A DNA stretch of 32,127 bases from Catajapyx aquilonaris (lineage: Eukaryota), in NCBI GenBank assembly GCA_000934665.2, contig JYFJ02004442.1:1-32127 (forward strand). The letters are read 5' to 3'. Below the pieces are notes generated by a model. It searched no databases, had not been told where the DNA came from, and was given only the letters and a program-made list of their open reading frames with translations. Shown here piece by piece: positions 11,616 through 24,187 of the stretch; position 1 is the stretch's first letter; each line of letters opens with the position of its first letter. Made by a program: the position numbers and the translations under genes.

Positions 11616-12305
11616 GCTTGGATCACCAGAGACGTCCTCCGAGTGAGAACAGTGCATTAAGGCTGCAATTTTATTTATACTGTAGTTGTTTATAAACACA
11701 ACTATTAGAAGGTCAGAAACCTGCAGCTGTTCATATAAAAAAAGCAGCAAGTGCTTGTGGAGTCTGAAAGAAAATACGAAGAAGTGTATTGAAGAATCAG
11801 ACAAACTATTGCAAAATCTGTCGCAACGCAAGATTTGAAATTATGATGGGTAAACAAATCTCAGACGTTCGACAAACAGTGTGATGACCAGTGTCTATTA
11901 GTTTCACGTCATTTACTTCTCTGCATGTTATGAACTTCAATAAGAAACACTGCAACCCACAGAATATCAACTCATGTTCTCAGTGTATCAACTCAGTGTA
12001 TCAACTCATGGTCACACGACGAGCGAAGAACGATCACAACCTAGGACAGCAGACCAAGCATCTGACCAGGTCTTGAAATATTGCAGCATATTTGACACGT
12101 AAATCTGTTGTTGCATACCACGCAAGCATATATTTAATTTAACGTTTAAAAAAGTAACTAGGTATCAAAAATCATCATCATATGTTACAGACAGAAGGCG
12201 ACATGGCAGTTCTCCCACATTTTTTGGCAGGCTGCAGTAGTGCAGCTTCACATGATGAGTGTGATACTATAAATTATGAAATTAATAGGACAGGGTTTGA
12301 CCACT

Positions 12306-12374
12306 TTCTCCAGCACTGAAATAAGGACTGCGACTGAAAGGAACCGAATAAAATCTATTGAAAACTACCCCGAA
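12306..12374 (+). pseudogene. Gypsy RT/connection fragment
   Basis: FSSTEIRTATERNRIKSIENYPE resembles ISxxGIRxDPEKIKAIENYPxP. Confidence 0.55.
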
Positions 12375-12778
12375 AAAGCGGAGCTTGTAGTAACCACCAG
12401 AAATATTTACCGAGTGAACAAAACAGCACAGTTACAAGCTATGAAAGAATACCATCTGGTATACATTCAGATGCAGCAAAATATTTAAAACTGAATCATT
12501 TTAGTCTTTCAGGAAGACGAGGCATCGATCGATGTCAATGGAATTTCGCCTATTAGTAAATTGGTGTCCTTGCAACATTTATTTTTATTGAACTCGACCA
12601 TTAGCTGCCAACCTGGCGTCACATAGAAATTTTCGTGCCATGACTAGAAAACCTTTTGGGGTCTTTTTGAAAAGTGTGAAAACTTAAAAACTTTGTGGTA
12701 CGTACTTTTGAAGTTTTTTTTTTTTGCCGTTTCCATCAGTCTTTAAAAATTACACAGCATGAGTCAAAGGTTATAGAG

Positions 12779-13346
12779 TGATATATTGTGATATCCCAAA
12801 CAATTGGAAAAAGGTAGTCCACATCCAAGCAGAGGAACCGAAGCCATCCACTCGGTTGCATGAATTGTTTGCCAAAGGACTTCAGATTGAAGAAAAGGTT
12901 TCCTCGTTTGTAGGAATAGGATGAGAGAGTAAGGAACGAAAACACAGAAGTCCTACTCCCCATCCTCTACCACCAACCAAACCTTTTGGCTCGGTAGACC
13001 CTTTTACCTCAAACGGTGGGTACCATTACCACCAAGGCAGGTATAGCCGATCACCATCTCGTAACATGATGCCTAGTAAGTCGTAACCGTTCCAGTTCCT
13101 CTGGTCGTGGATACTCTCCTCATGGAGAAAGACATTACTATCCACCTAGGGGCAGCACCCCACGTCACATTTCACCAGAACTTTCCACAAGTTAGTGGCA
13201 GAGGTTATTACCGTCCCAGTTCAATGTAATACTACCAAGGTAATGGCCAAGAGCAAAACAGTTATTACCACTACAACTTGCAGTACATGACAAGTGCACT
13301 TACGCTCGTAATCCTAGTCCTTTTCGTATGGACATCACTTGCTCGG
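12779..13346 (+). pseudogene. LTR-retrotransposon gag C-terminal remnant (copy 1; copy 2 at ~18648-18990)
   Basis: R/S/P/Y-rich reading (HRSPTPHP, RSSSSGRGYSP, ARNPSPFRMDITCS) that continues in copy 2 into a CCHC knuckle. Confidence 0.6.
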
Positions 13347-13348
13347 TT

Positions 13349-13492
13349 TGGAAGGTCAATCAACCGAGAAACTCAGGAGTTGAGCACGTCTGTCATGGAT
13401 TGACAAGAAAAAGGGAAGAAGTAGCGTGATATCTTGACGAGAATAATTCACTGCATAAAATTCCGTGCAACTCAGAACCTATCTTTGAGAGG
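13349..13492 (+). pseudogene. hAT transposase (ZMYM1-like) fragment; copy at ~19013-19152
   Basis: Copy 1 reads RDILTRIIHCIKFRATQNLSLRG; copy 2 adds QIEKEK/KKWRD upstream. Matches the KWRxILxRIxxxIKFLAxQNLALRG motif. Confidence 0.8.
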
Positions 13493-13675
13493 AGGAGTAT
13501 AAGAGCACGTCCAGGTATAATAAACCAAGATTTCTTCCATTTCCCATCCGTAGAGCCGTTCACTGAAGTTACAGTAAGACACATACGTAATTACATGCAT
13601 AATAACTTAGGATATTGCCAGAGAGACCATTGATAATAATAATTCCACAAAAATGGTAATGCCCGTCTCATATTT
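13490..13675 (+). pseudogene. LINE ORF2 C-terminal fragment; copy at ~19180-19376
   Basis: Copy 2 reads RAL..IINQDFLH../PILRELNEVTV...YMHNN...NSTKLVMPSH, resembling KRALRII...PLFKELNILTV...RNxxKLxIP. Confidence 0.5.
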
Positions 13676-13938
13676 GTACTTCAAAAAGACTTCCAGTGTG
13701 TTTTTTTCCTTGGCTTTTCCCCGCGAATGCAAGTATTCTGCCAACAGTGACAACACTAACTTGTGGAGATAAGAGCAGTAGACAATAATAATTTTAATGT
13801 CGGCAATATTTAGTGATATTTTGACAAACCAATTGGTGGCTAGCTATCTGGCAGCAATTCCATCTGACCAGCGAGCACACTGTAACGGTGATCCTAATGT
13901 GCATGTTACAAGTGTGAACCTTGCGCCTTACCATACCG

Positions 13939-14008
13939 TATAATTATGGAATCAATACCCCCATCATGCCACATTATTATGAAAATGAATTTTAACATGC
14001 TTGATATA
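13939..14008 (+). pseudogene. LINE AP-endonuclease fragment
   Basis: IIMESIPPSCHIIMKMNFNMLDI resembles IIIMGDFNMPDI. Confidence 0.4.
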
Positions 14009-14084
14009 GGCCTACAAGTAAAAAGAAATACAACCATAGGCCATAAATTCCAGCAATAATGCACATCATGCGTCACACAAATTA

Positions 14085-14200
14085 TAGAAAACTGGAGGCC
14101 ACCTATTGATTCGAAGCCTGTTCTCCCGTTCGTGGCCAAGGCCTTGACCACCTTCCACCAATAATTGCATCACTCCCTTTTTGAGCTTCACGATGGGAGG
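14085..14200 (+). pseudogene. Adjacent LINE RT and Gypsy integrase fragments
   Basis: ENWRPPI..VLPFVAKAL (cf. NYRPISVLPxxAKxL) directly followed by TTFHQ../ITPF/ELHDGR (cf. NTxxHxSxGxTPFELxYGR). Confidence 0.5.
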
Positions 14201-14461
14201 GTGTCCGGAGAAGCTGCTGATACTGGCATGAAGAAGAATTGGCAAGATGTGAAGAAGTCAAAAAATTTGAAGCATGGTAACGAAGAAGCATCTGAGGAAG
14301 ATTGTTCGGAGGAATTTGTTCTCGAAATATGTGCTTCCGAACAAGATCTCAGGCTTACTGAAAACAAGACCCAGCTTCTAAATTCTCATCTCGCAGATGC
14401 TGCTCGCGAAAGGGACAAAAAAAAAGCTGTTTTAGTCTCGAAGTTGATCTTTCCTAGGGGC

Positions 14462-14614
14462 CCAGGCGTGGCGTATGAAAATACAGAGGCGCCAACTGTA
14501 ATGGGCACACGGCCATACGCAACAACAAAAAATCCGCCTGCGGCGGGCTTGCTCCCCACCCTTTACGGCTTCTGTTCACTCCCCCCCCCCAAATAAAATC
14601 TGCCTACGCGCCAG
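14462..14614 (-). mobile_element. Possible hAT-type MITE remnant
   Basis: Minus strand begins cctggcgcgtaggcagattttatttgggggggggg, similar to common CAGGGGCGTAG..G-run MITE ends. The other TIR is weak and no TSD was found. Confidence 0.3.
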
Positions 14615-14974
14615 GAAGTACATAAAATTACTAATGAAGACGTAGCGTAAAAAAGTGCTTGCATTGTGAAATATCTCTCTGATATTTCCAGTGATTTAGT
14701 TGACCAGATGCGGCATTTAAAGGTAATCCACAGATCCATGTTTGCAAATTCCACCAAACCACTCTCCGCTGCCTGTTTCAGTCTTCAGAGGAAGCTTTTC
14801 TCCTCTATAAACCCCTTTATAATTCCTTTATAATTCCCCCAATGAGATAAAAGCACGCGCACATTTAGAAGCCTTATCGTAACGGATCATGTTTAGAGGA
14901 GATCAGAGGATGTTTCCAGAGATTTCTCGAGTCTCTATAGAGAGCATGACAGCTAGCTCTGAAGTAATTTGGAA

Positions 14975-15285
14975 CAAGTTACAAAAATTTCCTAGGTGGT
15001 GCTAAACCTGGACACCTGGCCCAAATCTACCAAAATTACGTAGCTAGTGACGAAAAGACATCGAATGGCAACCCACAACATGCAGCGACAAGAGTCAAAC
15101 ACCACGTGCGGTCTTGGGTCTTCCAGATTCTCGTTCAATGTGGCCTTTGTGCCTCAAAAATTCAAAGCCAATGTCGATGCCACAGCTGTGCACTAATAAC
15201 TCACGAAACGACATCGTCTGACGCCTGCGCAGTAAGGGATGCAGATATGGAGAAAAGGACCTTTCCATCCACCCATACTGGAGTA
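14975..15285 (+). pseudogene. Run of Gypsy Pol micro-fragments
   Basis: KLQKF/LG/VLN/W (14975-15010); HNMQRQ/VKHHVRS (integrase zinc-binding, ~15073-15120); VRDADMEKRTFPSTHTG (RT, cf. DxEKTAFxTxxG, 15231-15285). Confidence 0.55.
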
Positions 15286-16032
15286 TTGGTCGGAGTTCCT
15301 TGTGTTTTTGTGTAAGTGCGGCCCCGAGGCGAAACATGGGTCGTGACTATGTGGAGAACAAACATTTACTATAGCTTGGTGCTCGTTAAAGAAATGCTCT
15401 AATTGGCTTTATTTTGATGACTGTATACTGGACATACTTAATGACTCATACAGATTGATGGAGTTTATAAAGATGTAATTGAAATAAAACTGGTTCGGAA
15501 TGATTTAAAACAACTGGATAATTATACTTCTTCTGCTGCTTTGTATTGGTCGAGTCAAGTAAAATGGACTCTAACTGGCAGCGATGATTGTCAATGGCGA
15601 CTGTTAGGGCATGAAAAGACACCACACCTCGTGCCGGTCGATTTTAACAGTTTGGCTTTAAATAACAGACGAAGGAATGTGTGCCACTTCGGGAAAGCTT
15701 ACTGCAGTGGTCCGCTGCGAGCGTGTCAAAACGTCTGCAACTCACGCTACACTAACTTTGATTGATGAAACGGCTGGAAGAACTGTCCTCAAAAACATAG
15801 GAATGCGGACAAGAATTGAAAAAACATCAACATAATGCAGACGATACTTCACATTGAAAGTAGTTGTGCCAAAACAAATGCATAATATTATTGCTTATAT
15901 CATAATAATGAAACAAAAAATGATTGATAACATCCAGCGAACAGGCATGGACAAATAAATGCATTTGCAGAAATGATGAAGGACTACCGCCACCAGAAAT
16001 AGATCTGACCAACCAAGACTAATCCACGAGGA
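15286..16032 (+). repeat. Recent ~750-bp segmental direct repeat; copy at ~25772-26554
   Basis: Long near-identical runs from ttggtcggagttcc to atccacgagga. Carries LINE RT remnants LMKRLEELSSKT*ECGQEL and NINI(Y)ADDTS. Confidence 0.95.
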
Positions 16033-16182
16033 TGGTGAAAAATTGAATTCTGATCGAGAGAGCGATTATGTGACATTGATTGGGGATACCAATTCGCTAT
16101 TGAATTTGGCATATCAACACCAGCACACAGAGCAGCATTTTTAAATACTGAGTGCAGGACACGACGGAACGACGAAGATGAA

Positions 16183-16252
16183 GTCGTCTATGGAGGTCAG
16201 ATAACGACGAGGCCAATGTTAACTTGACTCACTACAACCAGGTTTCAGCAAA
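16183..16252 (+). pseudogene. LINE RT domain-2 fragment
   Basis: VVYGGQITT/EAN/LDSLQPGFSK resembles VVYNQIxxYLExNxLLDPLQSGFRK; a related diverged copy lies near 9340-9385. Confidence 0.5.
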
Positions 16253-16714
16253 CCTCTAGAAGGGAAATTTCCTTAGACTACAATCATACTCTTGAGGGAA
16301 CAACATCTTGGGGCTCCAGAGGGAACAATATTCAAGGTTTTAACAAACGGACGACCTTTTTTCTTTGATAAAGACAGTGACAATCAGTTAGCACCACAGA
16401 AAACATAGCCAGACAGATCATAGCTTTCATTGATCACATGATGACATTTTTTTCTCAATTTTAGAAACCCCAAAAGAAATTCAGAGGACAATCTGGAAAC
16501 AAGGGTTCTTGCTTCAACAAAGAAACAGAAACTGGGCCTGAGTTGAATCGGATCGAGCGCAACATAAAGTTCAATAGATTATTTGGTAAATCAGTTTCCG
16601 TGCAATGTGTTAACAATAAAAGAGTTTTGTTTCTACTATGTACATCATCTGGCTACAGAATTTTCAGGATATTCTTGATATGGCAGAAGAGAAGTACGTA
16701 CGGGTGTTTTGTAC

Positions 16715-16804
16715 TGTAATAGATGGCTGAGCCTGAGTAGTGTCGATGCAGTGCTCAAATCTTGGTCAGAATGTGTCAGTATTGTTAGGGCTGTTGGCCA
16801 AGAA
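16715..16804 (+). pseudogene. hAT transposase fragment (RW motif)
   Basis: In-frame CNRWLSLSSVDAVLKSWSECVSIV resembles CxTRWLS...AVLxxW. Confidence 0.55.
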
Positions 16805-17240
16805 GTGCTGTGAAAGGCACTGGCCCAATTTGTCGCAACAACTGCATAATAAATAAAGCATCAGAATATATGTATCCTTCTGACGTTTTATTTCATCAAA
16901 ACTGTTTCGTATTCGAAAAAAGGACATACAATTTGAAGTGTGCAACGTACATATTTCTTATGCAATTCAGTAGCTCAAGTCTTATTGTGATCGCCAAACA
17001 GATTAATATTCATATGGTACAAAAGCATCTTCCAAGTGATATTTAAATGTGTATAACGACCAATATTATTAATAGCAAGGCTTCTAGAAGCACCAGTCAT
17101 TCAGCAATCCCGAGGGAAATTCTTCAATTCCTTTAAAGCATTATGGGCCCTGACCGGTTTGTATCTAACGTTCGATCAGAATGGACATGTTGTTGCAAGG
17201 GAGATAGGAAAGTGAATATGTAATTGCATGTAATGCATGA

Positions 17241-17370
17241 AATCCGAGAGCTGAACCCGTAATGCGCTGTTTGTTGCCTCGGATCTTCGGAGGTAGTTGA
17301 ATGGTTTCAAGGGTCTACTACTAGCCCACCAACCTCCTTGTGAGGAAGTCATATTCACCATCATCAAGTA
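17241..17370 (+). repeat. Direct repeat; copy at ~21235-21370
   Basis: aatccgagagctgaac...gaggtagttgaatggtttcaaggg...ctactagcccaccaacctcct...ggaagtcatattcaccat. Confidence 0.9.
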
Positions 17371-18146
17371 TACACTGGCCATTCCTGCAATAAGCGCAAT
17401 GGGAAACCTCTCAGTATAATTAATTTGAACGTAGTTTTCTTAAATCTTCCCAAAAAGTTGTGCTGCTGAACATCCCTTTCGCACTGTGTCACCTGCTTAT
17501 CAAAGGTCTCTTGCTTAGGAAAGTAGAAACGTAATTAATTACGGGACTAATGGCTCTTGCTGCGATAATAATACGAGTACGATCTCTTGCCCTACCGAAA
17601 CTGTGCGTTACAAATTACGCAACTCTAGTTTTAAAATCAACTAGCCACTTTCATTGTGAGGTGGAAAGAAAGTGCTTGACAATCATCACAACCCTTTTTT
17701 CAAGCAGTCGTCACTTGATTGTGTTGTTTGTTTTGTTTGCGTAAGAGATGTAATCAATATTATTGTCGTGGTGTTAGTTATGATAATTTTTTTTAATATC
17801 TTCCGTTTTTAACCGTTATAACTAGCCAGTTATGTTCTCCGAGCAGAAATCATTACAATAAGTAACTGTAAATATCATGCAATGCTTGACCTACCGCCTT
17901 GCACATCATAATACTGTATATTATGTTTGTTAACTAGGACTAGGACGAATGATGTGGGAATACAATATTATTAAGAACACTCAAGGGCATATTAGGAAAC
18001 CGTACATGACAGAAGATAGTGCGCAGCACGTGATTCTTTCATTTAAAGAGCCTAATATCTGGTTTGTACAAATGGGAAACTACCGCTGAAATTCCAAGAC
18101 CACATGACACCGTATAGCCGTAGCTTAGAAACGCAATTTGGGCAGG

Positions 18147-18626
18147 ACCGAAGAGGCTTGGGCCCGGTTCGAAGAGCTGCTCGAGCGGTTAACTGCCACC
18201 GCCAGGGAGACTGCCCCCCACCTTCTGGCAACCATGGCCCTGCCAAAAAAAACTAATTGACGTCCAAGACCCCAGGGCCATTCAACGGCTTTACCGACGC
18301 AACCGCAGGAAAGCCTTTAGACTTTTGCTGGATGGAGAGGGTGAAAAGTGCAGAATTCCCAAGGAGAAGTTGGAGTCCTTCTTCATTGAGGCATATTCAG
18401 AGAGGCCTTGGGACCAGCAATTTTACGAACAACGATGTGCACTCCCTCCATTGGATGTCTGATTTCACGCCTAACGAGGTCATCCATAAGTTAAAGAAAG
18501 CCGAGAGCACCGCGCCAGGAGAATGGCCTCACGTACAATCATTGGAGACTTCTGGATCCGGAAGGCATCGCCCTGGCTGCCATTTTTAACTTGTGTCTCC
18601 TCCACCGCCGTATTCCCGACCCTTGG
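18147..18626 (+). pseudogene. R2-like (NeSL/Utopia-type) non-LTR retrotransposon RT N-terminal fragment
   Basis: WARFEELL...DPRAIQRLYRRNRRKAFRLLLDGEGEKCRIPKEKLESFF...FTPNEVIHKLKKAESTAPG/GLTYNHWRLLDPEGIALAAIFNLCLLHRRIPDPW, with a few frameshifts. Confidence 0.85.
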
Positions 18627-18923
18627 GGATTAGTATGGTATATATTGTGTGATATATTGTGATATCCAAAACAATAAGAGGAAAATTAAGGTAGTTCACA
18701 TCCAAACAGAGGAACCGAAGCCATCCACTCAGTTGGATTAATTGTTTGCCAAAGTAATTCAGATTGAAGAAAAAGTTTCCTCGTTTGCAGGAATAGGATG
18801 AGAGAGTAAGGAACGAAAACACAGAAGTCCTACTCCCCATCCTCTACCACCATCTCACCATCTCACCATCTCGTAACAGTAACATGCCTAGTCGTAACCG
18901 ATCCAGTTCTTCTGGTCGTGGAT

Positions 18924-18971
18924 ACTTGCTCGAAGTGTGGAAAGCGAGGTCATTTTGCAAATCAGTGTTGG
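18924..18971 (+). pseudogene. Gag CCHC zinc knuckle
   Basis: TCSKCGKRGHFANQCW, an exact C-X2-C-X4-H-X4-C motif. Confidence 0.8.
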
Positions 18972-19543
18972 TGAAACGGCTATAGAGGACCAAGTCATAT
19001 TCGCAGAACCTATTGGAAAGTCAATCAACAGAGAAACTCAGGAGTGGAGCACGTCTGCCACAGATTGAGAAAGAAAAGGGAAGAAGTGGCGTGATACCTT
19101 GACGAGAATTCTTCACTGCATAAAATTCCGTGCAACTCAGAAACTATCTTTGATACAAGTTCTTAATACTTCCCTTGGTAGGAGGAGTAAGAGCACTTCC
19201 AGGTATAATAAACCAAGACTTCCTCCATTTCCCATCCTAAGAGAACTCAATGAAGTTACAGTAAGACGCATTAAAACTAAACTCTTCACATAATTACATG
19301 CATAATAACTTAGGATATTGCCAGAGAGACCATTGCCAATAATAATTCCACAAAATTGGTAATGCCCTCTCATATACTAGAGGAAAGTGTCCCCGTTACA
19401 TCGTGGGAGGAAGGCGTGATGGGAAAGGGCTGGTTCTCGACAGGGTACAAGTTCAGGGAGATCGAAGCCCTTCAAAAGAGTACATCATATTGTCGCGATC
19501 AAGGTGCTCAAATAGCGACATGAGGTGTGGAGAACGGAGTGGC

Positions 19544-20005
19544 CATATCCTGATGATTTATTTAAAAGCGGCCTTGACGGGATAACCCTTTGGGATAACC
19601 AACAGCGCTTTTTATACGATGATGATACGAACGAACATTACGCATGAGCTCAAAAAATTGGGAATGAGCCGGGAGAGGTCATACCATTATGTTACCACTC
19701 CTTTCGCATAAGCAATTATTATTAAATCGAGAAGTTTAGTAAAACGAGCACAATATGTTCCATTGTTCAAGAAAGCTCTCGCTTATAATCCGATAAAATT
19801 CGGTGCAAATTTTTCCGACAATCATGGCAACAAGATAATAGTAACATTGATTGACCACATTGCATTTTTGTGCAATAATATTTGAACAGGGTGTAAGGGG
19901 GAACTAGAGTGTAGCAGAAATTGTCCATATTTAAGACATATTTAGGCAGAAGGTTATACAGTATAGCCAAGGATGATAGAGCGCATTCTATACGACGCAA
20001 TTGCA
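19544..20005 (+). pseudogene. Run of LINE RT micro-fragments
   Basis: ILMIYLKAA(F)D; FLYDDDTN (cf. LYADDT); YVPLFKK; GVRGN..IFKTYLGRR; KMIERILYDAI. Confidence 0.6.
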
Positions 20006-22930
20006 ACAACGCCACAATCCATTTTTAACCACGAAGCAGGACCATTGCCTGAAAGAACCCTCTCGCCTGACCTATCGCCTTGGACTAAACCATGTACTGT
20101 GTACGTTGTGAACCACCACAGGCCGAAGGAGAGCAATGTGGGAATATCTCAGCCATTGCTGACACGTCCCAATAATAAACCTGAGAATCAGGATGGCCGT
20201 ATGAAGAACTGCTCAACACGACAGGCACGTTTGTTACTGTCTAGCATATTTCTTCGTTTATTAGTTTCGGTGTAACATACACAACACAAACTGCAGGATA
20301 TTATTGACTCTTACATTTTTGGTGCCCGTCCACAAGAACAGTAGGATACTGTGCGCGGCCAGTTTCGAGGACCAGACACTTACAAGTTAGAGGATCATAT
20401 GAAACAAGTGTCCTACAGATAATAGGAGTAGCTACTTGCTATCATTCTCTCTTTGTATGCGACAAAGAATCATTAATTTTTTCAGAGGAGGACTCACGCG
20501 AAGAGTGAAGACCACCACAAAGACAGAGGAGAAGACAGGTCTGAAGGAGGAGGAACAGGATTGGGAACAGATAAAAGAAGAGGAGGGACGATGCCCAAGA
20601 GGCTGAAGTAACAAAGCAGACCATGTTTATCTCCGTTTAAAATGACGCACAAGGCCTCGCATGTAACTCTTGTTACCGTGTCTGACTATTATATGGCATG
20701 GGTCATCAGAGTAGGAGCAAACCGAAGATATAGTTCTGCTATAACATATAATATACCTAGAGTTATTAGAGATATGATATATTATAACAGAACTCTTTGG
20801 AGCAAACACACAGAATTCTGATTGAACATCACCTTGTAATAAATGGATCTGGAGTTACAATTGCAACAATATATTGCGGTGGACACTTCTGGAGCAGGCA
20901 CGATTGAAGGAGTAAAATGCGACTATCGTTACATGACAACAAAAAGCTTGGTCATCATTTCCATGGTATAGAGTAGTCTTGCAGAAATTCTGAAGGAACC
21001 TTGCTCTGGAGTCAAGAGATTGTCCCTAGTTATTAATAACGCTACGATAACTGCCACAATCCACGTATTGATGGCGTGTTTAAAAATATACATATAGTGC
21101 AGTTGCCTTTTTATTGCTTCAGCACAGCTTCAGCATAATGTTAATTCATTACACCATTACATATTACTGGTCCCAACGCCTTGGCCGTATGAAAACATGT
21201 CCAGTGTGCCCCTTCATCAGGAGCTTCTGCACATAATCCGAGAGCTGAACTCGTACTGCACTGTGTTTGTTGCCTCTGTTCTTCAGAGGTAGTTGAATGG
21301 TTTCAAGGGCCCACTACTAGCCCACCAACCTCCTCGTTCGGAAGTCATATTCACCATTATTATCATGTAAGGTGCAGTACCAAATATTGCATAGTTTGCG
21401 ATATATGTGGGAAAAATTTTCACCATGGTCTCATCGACACAGAGCCAAGTAAGGTACAAACAGGCTAATATCACATCCCATACCAAGATAATGAGGGGTT
21501 ACGAAATTATGGAATGCGCGCATCATGGCGAAATATTACATTTTCCAAGCACATGGTAGCCGACATACACTGCTCATTAGTGTGAATGATGTCTGCCAGT
21601 ACTACAAAGTGTAATGAGCATAATTATTGCAGGGCTTGTGGGCAGCTGGAAGTGGCAGAAGCGATGAATGACATCAAAGAGAAGGCCGTCAAGTGACGTG
21701 ACACCGCAGTGGAATGCTTCATTCCTGTCTGTAGGGAATTATTTTGTAGTAACAAATAATAGAATCAGAAGAATGGTCGGATCACATGAAGAATGAGGTC
21801 TGGTCCATCCGTCACACCAACAACCCGTGGGCATTATTGTTAATATGTTTCCGCATGACTTCCCCTGTTGAATTTCAAGTGACTACCACAAATGGGTCGT
21901 TTTTACGTCATTTACACACCACCAATTAAGGTTGGCATGGTCCACTTCTTGCCTACCAGGCACAGTAATTGCCAACTCAGAGACACAAACTGAATAGTGT
22001 TGATAGAAATTAAAGTACTTGCAGCTGACCAAGCTGACCAGGCTTCACACAATAAGAATATGAGATCAATCAACATGGGGAAAAAGGAGATCTGGTTTGT
22101 GCAAATGTGATTAATTGTCAGCTCATCTTAATGAGTGCAGTCAATCCCATAAACAAATACGAACAAATATACGAGCACCCTTAGAGACTGTTGCGATACA
22201 AATGATTATATGCATATTGCTACAAGCTCTTCCTGCATAGTATAATCATTTTCATACTCACACACCCAATCACAAACATATAGGAAACAACATTACGAAT
22301 ATCATGACAAAAGGTCTCACCAGGTTCTGACACGTGGATATCTTGTCTTCATGCCCAGGGGAATCAAGTTATAAGGATGAGGTCTCTTTCTGTGAATCAG
22401 AAAATAACGACTCAAACTGCCACACAACACTGTGAAATGCAGAAAAGCGACTATCGTGGTGTGGGCTCAGCAAAATAGAAAGGGCAGGATACAAGCGTCA
22501 AAGCCCGGATAGCAACTTGACCACTCAATAAGGTCCACCAGTTTTCGAGCACAAAATAATACTGTATTTCGCTATATATTAACAGAATTATATAAGATGT
22601 TTGCCTGCAAAACAGAAGTAATATTGTTATAAAATGCTTCATAAATTATTATTAGTCTCTACGAATCATCCGGACTTTTGGATTGAAATTTAAGTTTCCA
22701 TTCAAACCTAAAACCGCATTAGTAATGAGTGGCTTTCATGGACAGCTCTGTTCAAATAATAACGAAGTGTTACATGATTGTGTCGTCTCAATTCATTGTA
22801 ATGCACACAGCCTAGCTTTGTATAGCTCGCAGACGCTTACAAATTCGTGAAGCTTGTTAAATATCAGGCCAATTAAGTACTTTCATCGGCCAGAAAAAAG
22901 AACATATTCGCCACAAATATATTCTTGATA

Positions 22931-23154
22931 CGAGAAGCACAAGCCATTCAGCGATCCAAAGAGAGAAAATTCTCCAATTCATTATAACCAGGAAGACACG
23001 GTATAGTGTGCACAAGATGAAACATTTCGACTAAGAGTTGCTCATAATAAAATGTTACGGATTAAGAGCACCCCTAATTCAATCCTGAACTATGAGTAAA
23101 TTAGTACCAACCAATGGAAGTATTGCAAAATATGCGTCATATTTTCGTCTGCAA
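22931..23154 (+). repeat. Multi-copy block; others at ~27005-27164, ~30135-30439 and a diverged partial copy at ~17010-17130
   Basis: Shared ccaggaagac...ttcgactaagagttgc...cccctaattcaatcctgaactatga.taaattagtaccaaccaatggaag; the 17010, 22931 and 30135 copies also share agaagcac.ag.cattcagc.atcc. Confidence 0.9.
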
Positions 23155-23167
23155 CAACGCCGCTGGG

Positions 23168-23213
23168 CTTAATATGTAATTTCTTAGGCATCTGAAAAAT
23201 TAATGCACCATAC
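23168..23213 (+). pseudogene. Gypsy integrase fragment
   Basis: LICNFLGI*KINAPY resembles LCxxLGIKKxxTTPYHP. Confidence 0.55.
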
Positions 23214-23489
23214 GTGCATGTGGAGATACCATGGGGGGCCTGGAAGGGTTCTCGTGACTTTGCTATACCCTGGAGGCAAGTGAAGAAAGACGAAGCGAGA
23301 CGAGTATAGACGAGAGAAGGACGCCAATGGGGAAAACAAAAATTTGAGACATTTTGTAGTGCCAAATGTGAACAGTGTACTAACTGAAGTGGACAAGCAA
23401 TTGCTATCACATCGTAAAGGAAATGTATTCATTACTAGCAACGATTCATACATTAATAATAACAACAATAACATTGATAATTATCTCAT

Positions 23490-23882
23490 TGAAGACCACT
23501 GTCGGCGGAGCTTGATGGACCAGAATGAGGCGCACCTCTTGATTTTGACGATGTTTCCTACACTTACAAGTCGCAAGTAAAGGTCATGCAACACCATTAA
23601 GACCATTAAGAAGATCTTCTCTGAATGTGATAAGCACAATACGACAACCACGCGATGGCTGAAACAGCTGTGATGTTGCATGTTTGTGTTTGGAGGTGGC
23701 CAACTCCTGATATTGACATGTAATAGTCATGATAAAATACGAATACAAATATATACCTTATTACTATTTATTGAAATGGGGCAATAAGCGATCTCTGATA
23801 CTGTCTGGAGTTCCCAGTCAGCCTGACGCTTTTTTCCGCAGTGGCATGGAAAAACTAATGTCCCAGTGGGACAAGGACAAGT
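23490..23882 (+). repeat. Three-copy block; others at ~27346-27675 and ~31754-32031
   Basis: Near-identical gtaaaggtcatgcaacac...agaccattaagaag...gctgtgatgttgcatgtttgtgtttggag...gacatgtaatagtcatgataaaatac. Confidence 0.95.
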
Positions 23883-24187
23883 GAAACTAGGCAACCTGAG
23901 CATTTAGTATAACAATTAACGAACTGACAATTAGAAACACAACAAATGCAGCCAGTTGCGTTGCAACATAGGTAAAATGGCAGCTGATTGTCAACGACGA
24001 CTCTTGACGTAAGATCACAACGAGTATAGGCCTGAAAATAGGCCAGAACCCCTGTCGGTCGATTTTAACCCATGCACTGCCGTTTGGCTATATATCACAG
24101 AAGAAGAGAGGTGTGCCACTTCCAGAAAAGCATACTGCGACAGACAGCTGCGATCGTGTCAAAACGTCTGTAACAACGGCGGTAATG

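Noticed and set aside
11978..12008. Short tandem duplications (ctcagtgtatcaa x2; also cctttataatt x2 at ~14814) and poly-T runs
   Set aside because: Ordinary slippage products.
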